A DNA stretch of 63,493 nt from Phoronis australis (taxonomy: Eukaryota > Animalia > Phoronida): positions 442,100-505,592 of the forward strand of contig NMRA01000276.1 in NCBI GenBank assembly GCA_002633005.1, read 5' to 3'. A program made the position numbers and the translations under genes. Shown here one piece after another: positions 51,572 through 63,493 of this stretch (position 1 is its first letter; each line of letters starts with the position of its first letter). The notes beneath the pieces are model-generated. The model did no database searches and was not told the origin of the DNA. It saw only the letters and a list, made by a program, of their open reading frames with translations.

Positions 51572-54048
51572 TTTTTATGCACCCACATATTTATATGTGG
51601 ACGTATTAGGCCGTCATCTCTGTCCATCCGTCCGGGCAGCGTCCATCTGGCATCCAGCATCCGCTGCTCTATCTTTAAAACCCTTTGACATACATTCATG
51701 AAATTTGGCAGATATGTTCCAGTCATAAATGGAACAGCATGAGCGAACTTTCGGACGGATCCGACTACCTGTGTGCCTCCTAAAGGCAATTTTAGTTTTT
51801 TACGCTTACCTTTGTATCTTCAAAAGTCCTGAATGGATTTTCATGAAATTTGGTATGTAGGCACCTATTAGTGAGATGACGCTATCCTCCCATTTTCAGT
51901 TGGATTCAAGATGTAGTTTGCGCCACCTAGTGGCCATTTTTACTGTTTTCGAGTCTGTTTTTTTGCGTCCACCTTTCTATCAACCAAACCGCTCAAAGGA
52001 TGATTGTGAAAATTGGCATGTATGTGGTTACTATGAAGAGGACGGTTGATGATGATTTTCCGACGATTTCAACTACTGTGGCACCTCCGAGTGGTAGTTA
52101 TTTTTTGCGCCTATGGCTGTATCTCCTAAACCGTTCGCAGGTTCTTTACGAAATTTAGTAAGTATATTTATTTGATATTAATGTCAGAATATAATCTGAC
52201 AGTATTATTAGTTGTATTGTTTTGTTTCGTTATTCAGTTTGATTGTCATGACCCCTGAGTTAAGTACAATGATGATGTAATTTGTTTACTACAGAATAGT
52301 ATGGAACTTTCTAGTAGACAGAGTTCAGTAGTGATGACATGTAATTTGTTTACTGCAGTATAGTGTGGAACTTTCTAGAAGACTCTAGCATGACAGTGAT
52401 TAATGCAGTCTGGAATATTCTAGAGACTAGTATATGGTTGTAGAATGATTGGGTAGATTCAGGAAAGTTCTAGAATGTGCTTGAATTGATGTAAAGTTCC
52501 AGAACAATTCATTAGGCTATAAATACACTAGCACGGCTTTGAGTTAGGGAGATCAAGTAAATTCAATGAAGTTAATCAGGAGAACTACAGTTGAGTTGCA
52601 GTGAAGAGAATCAGCAGTTACAGCGATAGTCAATAGAGAGCCAGCTATAGAGACAGCAGGTTATTGAATCGACGAGTGTAACAGTTTCTGACATGTCTCA
52701 GAAGTTCATCACAAGTCAAGGCTTCGCAGCACTGGCTGGAGCATAAACAGACATTACGTCGGACGTTTTGTTTGAGTAGGCTTGTGAACGTACGGTCCGG
52801 ATTAATAAAGGATTAACTCGAACCAGTCTTCAGTCAATCATCGCACCAAAAGCTATTAGCACCGGTCTGTAACAACCTGCGCCCACCCACACACGGGGTA
52901 AAACGTGACAGTTAACAACGGACGATGACGACTTTTGGACAGATCCAACTATCTGTATGCCCCCTAGTGGCAATTTTATTTTTTACGTTTACCTTTGTAT
53001 CTTCAAAAGTCCTTAACAGATTTTCATGAAATTTAATATGTAGGCACCTATTAGTGAGATGACGCTATCCTCCGGTTTTCAGATGGATGTGACGTACTTT
53101 GCACCACCTAGTAGCCATTTTTACTGTTTTCGAGTCTGTTTTTTGCGTCCACCCCTCTATCAACCAAACCACTCAAAGGATGATTGCTAAAATTGGCATG
53201 TATGTGCTTACTATAAAGAGGACGGTTGATGATGATTTTCCTACGATTTCGACTACTGTGGCGCCTCCTAGTGGCAGTTTTGTTTTTGTTGCACCTTTGG
53301 CTGTAACTCCTAAACCGTTCGCAGGATCTTTACCTAATTTAGCAAATGTATTTATATGATGTTGACTACGGATGACGACGACTTTCAGACAGATCTGACT
53401 ACTGCTGTGCCCCCTAGTGGCAATTTTAGTTTTTTACGTTTAACTCGGTAGCTTCAAAGGTCCTCAACAGATTTTCATAAAATTTAAATATAGGCATCTA
53501 TTGGTGTGATGACGCTATTTTCCTGTTTTTGGATGGAATTGAGGTATTTTGCACCACCTGGTGGCCATTTTTTGCTGTTTTCAAATCTTGTTTTTAGTGT
53601 CCACCCTTGTATCAACCAAATCATTTGAAAATTGGCATATATGTTCTCAGTGTGAAGACGACCTTTTATGATGGTGACTGACTACTGTGGCGCCTCCTAG
53701 AGGTAGTTTTGTTTTGCGCCCATATTTGTATCTCTTAAGCCCACTGCAGGATCTTTACTTAATTTTAGTAAGTGTATTTATATGAAGATAACAACAGACG
53801 ACGACTTTCAGGCAGATCCAACGGACACTGTCCCCACTAGTGGCAATTTCATTTCATTCCATTTTTCCTTTGTTTCTCTGAAGTTCCTTGACAGATTTTT
53901 ATGAAATATGGCATGTTCCTGTTTTTGGATGGATTGTATGTTTTTGCGCCATCTAGTGGCCATTTTCATGATACAAATAAATAACCCTAAAAGCACACCA
54001 TTTGCAGTGCATTCGTGGGCACATTTCAATGCTCCGCGTTGCTCATGT
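51572..54048 (+). mobile_element. DINE-1/HINE-like copy interrupted by a solo LTR
   Basis: 5' TTTTTATGCACCCAC hairpin, internal units, 3' GTGGGCACATTT-CAATGCTCCGCGTTG. Confidence 0.8.
52182..52910 (+). mobile_element. Solo LTR, copy 2
   Basis: TGTCA..TGACA ends; flanks ATTAA/GTTAA; TATAAATA (~52519) and AATAAA (~52804); host repeat resumes in register. Confidence 0.8.
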
Positions 54049-54097
54049 CTCATTTGTCATTGTTTATTTAATACTATTACCTAGTTATTGTTTACAG

Positions 54098-54470
54098 AGT
54101 ATGTGTTACATCTCCCCAGACATGACTGTCTTTACCCTTTGCTTGACCACCATGATTTAGTATGTGTTACAGCTCCCCAGACATTGGCAGCGTTCACATG
54201 ACTGTCTTTCCCCTTTGCTTGACCAGCATGATTTAGTATGTGTTACAGCTCCCCAGACATTGGCAGCGTTCACATGACTGTCTTTACCCTGTGCTTGACC
54301 ACCATAATTTAGTATGTGTTACAGCTCCCCAGACATTGGCAGCGTTCCAATGTCTGTCTTTACCCTTTGCTTTACCAGCATGATTTAGTATGTGTTACAG
54401 CTCCCCAGACATTGGCTGCTTTCACATGTCTGACTTTCTTTACCCTTTGTTTGACGAGCATGATTTAGTA
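54098..54470. repeat. ~76-bp minisatellite x5
   Basis: AGTATGTGTTACAGCTCCCCAGACATTGGCAGCGTTCACATGACTGTCTTTACCCTTTGCTTGACCAGCATGATTT. Confidence 0.9.
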
Positions 54471-54521
54471 TTCATCATTAACTAGGTATCGTTCACGGAG
54501 TTTCTCTCTCTCTCCTTTCAG

Positions 54522-54801
54522 CTCCTCAGACGTCGACGGCATTCACATGACTGGATCCACCCCTCGACTGACTAGTGCCAACAGTTTCAACAGTGTCACC
54601 AACTGTAGGTCAATGGGCTCGAGCCCCTTGGACGTGTATGGCTCGAGCCCCTTGGACATGTATGGCTCCAATGAGGCAATGGCTGATCAACTGGATGAGT
54701 TTGAGAGACAGCTGTCATACGAGATGCCCGCCCACGACATGCAACTACTTTATCAGCATCAGGAGTTCTCATTGTCACACCTCTCAGTGACCATGTTGGA
54801 G
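54522..54801 (+). CDS. AZUL/UBE3A-like E3 ligase, exon G (SSSDVDGIHMTGS..QEFSLSHLSVTMLE)
   Basis: (CT)n-tttcag| acceptor, |gtacat donor; 280 nt open; phase 2 in, 0 out. Confidence 0.85.
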
Positions 54802-54959
54802 GTACATCATTCTCAGTATTGTGTCATGGTCACACCTCTCAGTGACCATGTTGGAGGTACACCACTCTCATTGATGTCTCATAGTGGCTGTGCTCCTATT
54901 TTATACCTATTGTATTAAAGGCGATATTTTCTCAAATGAGGCAATATTATTTAGTCTCA

Positions 54960-57060
54960 AAGTGTGCGGAACGGTTCTGCACTTTTTTAATATCCACTTA
55001 GGGCCATAAAAAATGCTATGTAACAAATCTATACCTTATCCTAAACATGTTTACAATGTTACATTTTTATTTCCTCAATTAGCATTTTCTTAATTAGAAG
55101 TTCAATTTTTGCCTTGCGGAATATTACGCACTGAGTGCGGAATATTCCGCAAGTGTGCGGAATATTACGCAGATTTTGCGAAATATTACGCACTGCGTAA
55201 GTTTTGTGGAATACTGTGACTTGAGAAATATTATGTATATTTTGTGGAATAATAATCAAAATAATAATTATTTTTAAAAATCAATGTGAAAGTTCCAGAA
55301 GGGTTCCACAAACAGAAAAGTTTAGTACAGGACTAAAATTTTTAATGTTCTCCCGGCCCAATAAACATGAATTACATTCCATTCTCAATAGTACTTGAGA
55401 GTATAATGTGCCCACTCTCAATAATATATTAATCAATGTGACGGTTGCAGAAGGGCTCCACATGCGGAAAGGTTCCGCAAACAGAATACTTTTTTGGAGA
55501 ACACAATTTTTTAAATTCTCATGACCAATAAAGTTAAAATGCATTCCATAATCAATACCACTTGAAAGTATCAATTTGATAATCCTAATAATAATTACTT
55601 GATCAATGTGACAGTTGCGGAACCATTCCGCATGCGGAAACGTTCTGTATGGGGAGCGATTTCCCAAACAGAATGGTTTTGCTGGGTATTTGATTTCACC
55701 AATCAACTTAAAATGCATTACATTATCGATGCCANAAGTATCAATGTGACAATCCTAATAATAATTACTTGATCAATGTGACAGTTGCGGAACCATTCCG
55801 CATGCGGAAACGTTCTGTATGGGGAGAGATTTCCCAAACAGAATGGTTTTGCTGGGTATTTGATTTCACCAATCAACTTAAAATGCATTACATTATCGAT
55901 GCCACTTGAAAGTATCGATGTGACAATCCTAACAGTAATTAGTTGATCAATGTGACAGTTGCGGAACCGTTTCGCATGCAGAACCGTTCCGCAAACAATA
56001 CTTTTGTGATCCTCACATGTTTTAAAAAAAATTTCTTGCACATTTCAGTTGAAATATACTCTATTCTCAATAGCATATGGAAATATCAATGTGTCAACAT
56101 GAGCAATGATTAATCAGTGGGGAACTTGCTGAATGGTTTGTGATGCAGAAACCTACCACAAGCAGACTCGGGGAAAAATCGACATATTGTTTATGCCATT
56201 TTGCCACTTTTACTAGAACCTTAGAACAAGCCACAAAATATTCAAATCTTACCGTGCAACAAGCATTAAACATAAAAGTATCAGAACTTCAAACCTGACA
56301 ATGATTAATTAATAAAAGTGACAGTTGCGGAATCGTTCTGCAAGCGGAATCATTCCGCATGGGGAGCGTTTTCCCAAACAGAATGGTTTTGCGGGGTATT
56401 TGTTTTGCTCAATGAATTTAAAATGCATTCTATTATCAATGCCACTTGAAAGTATCAATCTGACAATCCTGACAATAATTAGGTGGTCAATATGACAGTT
56501 ACGGAACCATTCCGCAAACAATGGTTTTGTGGAGCTCACATTTTTTTAAATTGATGCTTGCGAATTAAAGTTGAAATACATTCCATTGTCAATAACACAT
56601 GGACATATCAATGTGTCAACATGAACCATAATTAATCAGTGGGGAACTTGCTGAATGGTTTGTGTTGTAGAAACCTACCTCCAGCTGACTCGGGGAAAAA
56701 TTGACATTTTGATTATGCCATTTAACTGCTCATGGTAGAGTTTAACACAAGCCAGGAAATATTCAAATCTTAATGTGCAAAAAGCATAAACATGAATGTA
56801 TCAGAATTTCTACCCTAACAATAATTATTTCATAAATGTGAGTTGCAGAACCGTTTCGCACGCGGAACAATTTTCCACACAGAATGGTTTTGCGGGGTTT
56901 TTGTTTTGCCCAAAAGTTCAAATGCATCCCATTCTCAATACCACTTGAAAGTTTCAACGTGACAATCCTAACAATAATTAGTTGATCAATGTGACTGTTG
57001 CGGATTTGTTCCGCACAAGCAGAATGGTTCCAGAAACAATGGCTTTGTGGAGCTCATCCT
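54960..57060. repeat. Complex satellite-like array with GCGGAACCGTTCCGC palindromes
   Basis: Recurrent ~180-370-bp units (CAATGTGACAGTTGCGGAACC.., CAGTGGGGAACTTGCTGAATGG). Confidence 0.8.
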
Positions 57061-57270
57061 CATTATTATGTTCACATTCGATCATCGTTTAGTACAGACA
57101 ATTTACACTTATTAACAAAAACATGAACTTCACAACATTTCTTTTCACTTACATCTCTTCATTTGCTTGCATAACTTTTGAAAAATATATGGACAGTTCT
57201 CAAGAGACAACTGGAATCTTAAAACTAATTCTAAGGCCTGGGGACACAATTAAAAAGTCAGGTACTTGTN

Positions 57271-57608
57271 TAAACTTGTTCTCGCTTTCGTGCAACCCCA
57301 TTTCCTCATCCTGGCCACCATTCCCATACGTTTCTTCATAGTATTCGTTCAATTCTTGCTCTTAATCGTCGTCACTTTCAAATTCCCTGGTCTCCGCCAT
57401 TGTTCAATGCTAGTCACTGATCTCTTGTGTTCAACCCATGACGTCACATGGCGGGAAATGTGAAAATTGGCAAAATTGAAAGAAAAATCAAAATTTTGAG
57501 CTAATTACACAAAATAAACATGGGTTTAGCTAAATTTTACGTCATACATTTAGTCTGTGGCCACTGGTAATTCAAAATGTGCAAAAATCCATGGCGTGTA
57601 CTGTTTAA
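57271..57608 (-). mobile_element. Truncated second copy of the 30325 Kolobok-like element
   Basis: Reverse complement of ~30321-30660; ends GTGTACTGT-TTAA; begins at a single N. Confidence 0.85.
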
Positions 57609-58563
57609 GGCAGACTACAAGAACTGGCAAGGGCACCCCACACCACTTTCACTAATTCTGGTGATAACATTAATGAGAGTGAAAAAAAAATAACATTGCA
57701 AGTGACAAATGAACTACTAGCCTGTTGTGAAACTGATTGATGCTGATGAATCTAGACTTTCATATGGATCAGATATGCAGTTCATGATATCTAATGGTGG
57801 TTGACCATCCCCATTTCACTTCAAAACCAGTACTATCCCCATAGTGGTATCCAGTTATGTAATCGAATTAGCTAGCTCAGACCAAGCCTGATAACATCAG
57901 TTAATACCCTGCATTGTTGGCTTTGCCAGGTCTACTAAAGAACTGCTTGAGAATAGACAGTCACTCACCAAGAGGGATAGTAAATTTAAGCAACTAATCA
58001 TATATTCCTAACAATGTTTATGCACACTGCTAGGTCATTGTTCATTTTTTCTTAGAACTTGACCATTTAATTCTAATGCAATCACCTTAGAATTAAAGTA
58101 TTTTAGGTGCATAATAACTTATTAAACTTTAAGTTCATTCTATGCTGGATTTTTCATGGACATTTTTCATACCAGTATAAGCAACTGTAGTACCCAAAAC
58201 AGTGAACAAGTTTGTCACAAAAGCACTGTATTCTCTAGATTCAATTCATGTGTTATATTTGAGGATTCTTTTGGCCTGAAATTTGTTGTTCTGTCTTTAA
58301 TAAATTTGTATTTTTTTCTTTTCTTTGTTTGCACTTTTACTTTTTACAATCTTTAAACCTCTGCTTTACACCATTGCTTTTCACCAGGTTCCTTATTTCT
58401 GGGTGTACAATCTCAAAATCTCTGAATCAAAGTTTAACTGTTATAAACCAGTTGACACACTGGCTGGTTGACCTCCAAGCTGTATTGACCATTTATTGCT
58501 CTGTTTGGATCACATTACCATGCAGAGGACAACAGGAGACCGGCAATTTAACTTCAGTGCCTA

Positions 58564-58763
58564 AGAAAGATTTCCTACACCTTGGCTAGAGTGATAGGGT
58601 CTCTATACATTGAAGCAAAGATTCCTCAATTTATAACGCAATATGGTGGAACAGTAAAATTTTATTTTGTCAAATTTTTCAACAAAAGTAAAAAGGATGA
58701 AAACATTTACTTCGCTACTTGTTAAACTGGAAAATGGCAACTTTGGCAATTGTTTTTGTTCTA
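58564..58763. repeat. Left arm of a long inverted repeat (partner 63293-63493)
   Basis: About 200 bp, nearly identical in reverse complement; partner runs off the window end. Confidence 0.9.
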
Positions 58764-58834
58764 AATTGTGGAATCTGCTGATATAACAAGGAGAACCCAA
58801 AACTACGGCAGCCGCATTTTTGCACATCCAAACT

Positions 58835-59815
58835 TATCAATGTGTCAACATGAACCATAATTAATCAGTGGGGAACTTGCTGAATGGTTTGTGATGCAGA
58901 AACCTACCTCAAGCAGACTCGGGGGAAAAATCGACATATTGTTTATGCTATTTTACTGCTTTTGGTAGAACCTTAACACAAGCCACGAAATATTCGAATC
59001 TTAACGTGCAACAAGCATTGGACATAAAAGTATCAGAATTTCTACCCCAATCATAATTAATTATTAAAATTGATAGTTGCGGAACCGTTCCGCATGCGGA
59101 ACCATTCCGCAAACAATACTTTTGTGATCCTCACTAGTTTAAAAAAAATTTTCTTGCACATTTCAGTTGAAATATACTCTATTGTCCATAGCATATGGAA
59201 ATGTCAATGTGTCAACATGAACAATGATTGATCAGTGGGGAACTTGCTGAATGGTTTGTGATGCAGAAACCTACCTCAAGCAGACTCGCGAAAAATTGAC
59301 ATCTTGTCTATGCCATTTTACTGCTTTTGGCAGAACCTTAACACAAGCCATGAAATATTCAAATCTTAACGTACAACAAGCATAAAACATAAAAGTATCA
59401 GAATTTCTAACCTAACAATAATTAATTAATAAAAGTGACAGTTGCGGAACATTTCTGCATGCGGAACCGTTCCGCAAACTATAGTTTTGTGGAGCTCACA
59501 ATTTCTTACCTATAAGGTTGAAATATATTCTATTCTCAATAACACGTGAAAATATCAATGTGTCATCATGAGCAATAATTAATCAGTGGGGAACTTGCTG
59601 AATGGTTTTTGATGCAGAAACCTACCTCTAGCAGACTCAGGGAAAAATTGATATCTTGTCTCTGCCATTTTACTGCATTTGGTAGAATGTTAATACAAGA
59701 TACGGAATATTCAAATGTTAATGTGCAACAAGTATGAAACATAAATGTATAAGAACTTGTACCGTAACAATAATTAACTAATAAACGGGACACTTGCGGA
59801 ACCGTTCCGCAGGAT
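58835..59815. repeat. Second block of the GCGGAACCGTTCCGC satellite (~365-bp period)
   Basis: Unit starts at about 58835, 59205 and 59555. Confidence 0.85.
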
Positions 59816-60870
59816 GTCAATTTTATATTGCAACGGCTTCAATATTTCCCGGTTAAATGGTTTTCTTACATCAGTGTTAGAGCACATTTTTCCATGATTT
59901 TTGGGTACCTCAGAATTGGCTTCTATGCAAAAATTTAATCGAAAAAAATTAATTTTTAAATTTTTTTTCTTTAATGTCCTGTGTATGTGCAATGACATGA
60001 GCAAAAAAGTAAGGTCCCCGAATTAGTTTTCAAGCTACAGGTATCTTATCTCAAACAGAAAATTCACTTTCTCAAAAATATGCTAAATTTCACAACTACA
60101 GCTTTGATTCACCACATGATGATTTTGCCCTATTGATGGGAATGTGAAAAACGTAAGTTAAAGGGAATAAACTAACGAAACAAATTTCATCGTAAATGAA
60201 TTAAAATTTGCTGGTGTACAACGAATTAAGATGCACACATGTATAGTGTGTGCACTATTGTTTGTTAACGAATTTATTTACGAATGAGTAGAAAGTAAAA
60301 ATAGCAAAGTACTATTTGAATGACCACGTGATTCAACAGCCTAAANNNNNNNNNNNNNNNNNNNNNNNNNNNNNNNNNNNNNNNNNNNNNNNNNNNNNNN
60401 NNNNNNNNNNNNNNNNNNNNNNNNNNNNNNNNNNNNNNNNNNNNNNNNNNNNNNNNNNNNNNNNNNNNNNNNNNNNNNNNNNNNNNNNNNNNNNNNNNNN
60501 NNNNNNNNNNNNNNNNNNNNNNNNNNNNNNNNNNNNNNNNNNNNNNNNNNNNNNNNNNNNNNNNNNNNNNNNNNNNNNNNNNNNNNNNNNNNNNNNNNNN
60601 NNNNNNNNNNNNNNNNNNNNNNNNNNNNNNNNNNNNNNNNNNNNNNNNNNNNNNNNNNNNNNNNNNNNNNNNNNNNNNNNNNNNNNNNNNNNNNNNNNNN
60701 NNNNNNNNNNNNNNNNNNNNNNNNNNNNNNNNNNNNNNNNNNNNNNNNNNNNNNNNNNNNNNNNNNNNNNNNNNNNNNNNNNNNNNNNNNNNNNNNNNNN
60801 NNNNNNNNNNNNNNNNNNNNNNNNNNNNNNNNNNNNNNNNNNNNNNNNNNNNNNNNNNNNNNNNNNNNNN

Positions 60871-63292
60871 CCGTAATTGTTCGGGTTAACGCCCATGCTC
60901 AGTTAACCGCCCACCCCCTACTTTAGGTGGATTTTCGATTCAACCGCCCACTGCTCAGTTAAGCGCCCCCCTACGATTTTTGAAGATTTCCAGTTAAGCG
61001 CCCACCTCTCGGTTAAGCGCCCATCCCGGACTTTTAAAGAATGAAGATTTAGCGCCCAGTGCTAAGGAAACGGTGATTCCCCGACTTTTACAAAAAGATC
61101 GATGATCACAATGAGCGTAACAACGCCGGGCCTTCAAGATGGTGGTTTAGCAATGTAATTACAATACAAGTAAGGAGTTCTTGTCTTGGGTCATGTACTC
61201 ACTTCAAAATATAATACTTTAACGTTTTTGTCACTTTATTTTCTTCCCATGTTTACAAAGTTTAAGAACGGCGCCGGCGTCAAAACCTCCGCTTTCAGCG
61301 ACTTTGTCTGCCGCACTGAGTTTCGGTCCGCAGTGCACTAGATAAAATATATATTCGAAAAAATCAGGCCAGACAAATGTGACAATGGTTTTGCCAACCC
61401 TCCAAATTCTCTTAAGGTGGGAAGCTCTCGTATTTTGAACAAAACTCACAACTCACGGAAAGATTTCGGATTCTCATTTTGATGAATGTAACTGCCGGGT
61501 TGTAGAGGACGTGTGGCGACCGAAAGGACAGTACAAGTGCCTTACTGGGTTACCGATTTCGTTGCTGCCTATCGATTTCTGAATTCAAAGGTTGGCAATA
61601 ATGTTTGTTTGTGTATGATCTTGAAGTAATGAAAAACAGCTAGTCAAATTTTGTTTTTTGCTTACTGCATCTCAGTCAAACTGGCGTTACCAGATTTAAC
61701 TATTGTCGCTGGCTGTTCTTTATTTTTTCTTGCGTCAGCCCCCACGTATAAGCGTGACTGTAAAATATCGTTTCCACATCCCCTTTTTGCCATCCAGAAT
61801 AATTTTGTTTATACATTGGCCAGTTTCTTACCATTCGAGTCTGAAATNTGTTTATACATTGGCCAGTTTCTTACCATTCGAGTCTGAAATATCTACGACG
61901 TAGACTGACTGAAAATTGGCGATATTGGGTAGGAGATGCACACAGCTAGCTACGGGCATGGGCTTAGGGAGCATCGAGTGGGAAATATCGGAATAGACTT
62001 GACATCGCAGTTTTGGGGAACATTGGCAACGAAGGAATATCGTAAAGAACTGGGTCTTTCGTAACAACAGCTTAAAAGTACATAGTCACGCCAGTTTTTG
62101 TTACTTAGGGCTATTCTCTTTTGATGTGTGACTTTGTAGTCATTTTGGTGCACGTGCCCAAGTTCCCACACTTTGCAGTGCATGTTACCTTGACACCAAC
62201 ATGTGATTGACAGGTGCTCACTCGTAGGCCCTACGTGCGTGCTGATTCCCGCAGCTATCTTTGGCCATAAAAAACGAGATGCATATTGGAAGAGGCCGTT
62301 TTATTACTTGACGGCATTTCCAAGTCACGACTGTCAGCCGACTGAGACATTGCTTGCTAACAGCGAGACCGAACAGTGCCGCAGTGCGATAGGCCTATTG
62401 CAAGTGATATAAATAGGATAATCTGGACATCTTGCATGAAAAATAAGTGTTTTTCCGCCACGAAGTTTGGTAAGGCGATTGCTTAAGAATGAATTGAAAC
62501 ATTGCTGTTTTGTGGCATTTTATCACATATTTATGTCGTGGCTCGAAATTTTATTCTTGATTGACGAGTGGCTCACGGCCGCTTAACACCGATTCTTGTC
62601 TTAGGCCTAATTCTTTGCCGAGCATGTTTGGCGCAACGGCAAGTGAGCAATGCCGGGCGGTCCAGATAAAACAGCTAGCCGCAGAACCATACGCTGAAAA
62701 TGTCATTGAGTCACAGAGTGTCGACTATAAACATCCTAAACACAAAAAAAACATCTGAATTAAGTTTTTCAAACTTTTATTACAACTCATTTTAAAACTG
62801 CTCTCAGACTATGAACTTGGCAACTCAGTACGAGACTGTAACCATGAATTTGATGTCTGCTGTGACCTCTGCAACACGTGAAGCTTGCACGCGCGCACTT
62901 AAACAAGGTCACATCTTAAATAGTTGCAATCCAAGTAGAGGCTGCGTGGTCACTGGTCGTCTGCGCTCTAGAGGGCAAAGTAACAAGACCGCTGGACGCC
63001 ACGGGGCTATTGCTCAGTAATTCTGTAAATTTAACAGTGAATAACTAATCTGAGGGCAAGAGAATCTTTGTTGGGATCATCCGCTGTTATGACATTTTTC
63101 TCGTCATGTGGCGACGTGACGATAACGCTCTTTGAAAAGTACTCCGCGTTCCGAGTACGAGGTAAGATTAACCGCCCACCCTGGATTTCTTGAAATTTCA
63201 CGTTTAAGCGCCCATGTCTGGTTAACCGCCCACCCCCGATTTTTTGGGTTTGCCAATTTAACCGCCCAGGTCGTTAACCCGAACGATTACGG
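60871..63292 (+). mobile_element. 2.4-kb CCGTA-TIR element with traces of a decayed pogo-like transposase
   Basis: Same TIRs as the 45657 MITE, with TA at the right flank; interior has KFKNGAG and FDE..KG..TG traces in the order expected for pogo HTH/DDE. Confidence 0.65.
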
Positions 63293-63493
63293 TAGAACAA
63301 AAACAATTGCCAAAGTTGCCATTTTTCCAGTTTAACAAGTAGCGAAGTAAATATTTTCATCCTTTTTACTTTTGTTGAAAAATTTGACAAAATAAAATTT
63401 TACTGTTCCACCATATTGCGTTATAAATTGAGGAATCTTTGCTTCAATGTATAGAGACCCTATCACTCTAGCCAAGGTGTGGGAAATCTTTCT

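Overview
Repeat-rich invertebrate-type eukaryotic DNA with four long N-gaps and several single-N contig joins. One clear host gene lies on the + strand. It has seven GT-AG exons (25089-54801) whose splice phases all match, encoding about 356 aa that include an AZUL zinc-binding domain, i.e. the 5' part of a UBE3A-like HECT E3 ligase. Its start exon and HECT domain were not found. A frameshifted ecdysteroid-kinase-like (EcKL) fragment lies near 11.1-11.8 kb. The rest is transposon-derived: a rearranged Gypsy gag-pro remnant with a tRNA-Ser PBS; several TTAA-bounded Kolobok-like derivatives with THAP remnants; CA..TG elements with 5-bp TSDs; a Penelope RT fragment and two minimal hammerhead ribozyme motifs; CR1/L2, SINE, piggyBac and pogo-like remnants; two solo LTRs; and many minisatellites. 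A DINE-1/HINE-like family carries arrays of ~140-bp units, each with a CTCF-consensus-like motif, almost all in one orientation across the gene's introns. All family assignments come from motif recognition by eye, not from database searches.
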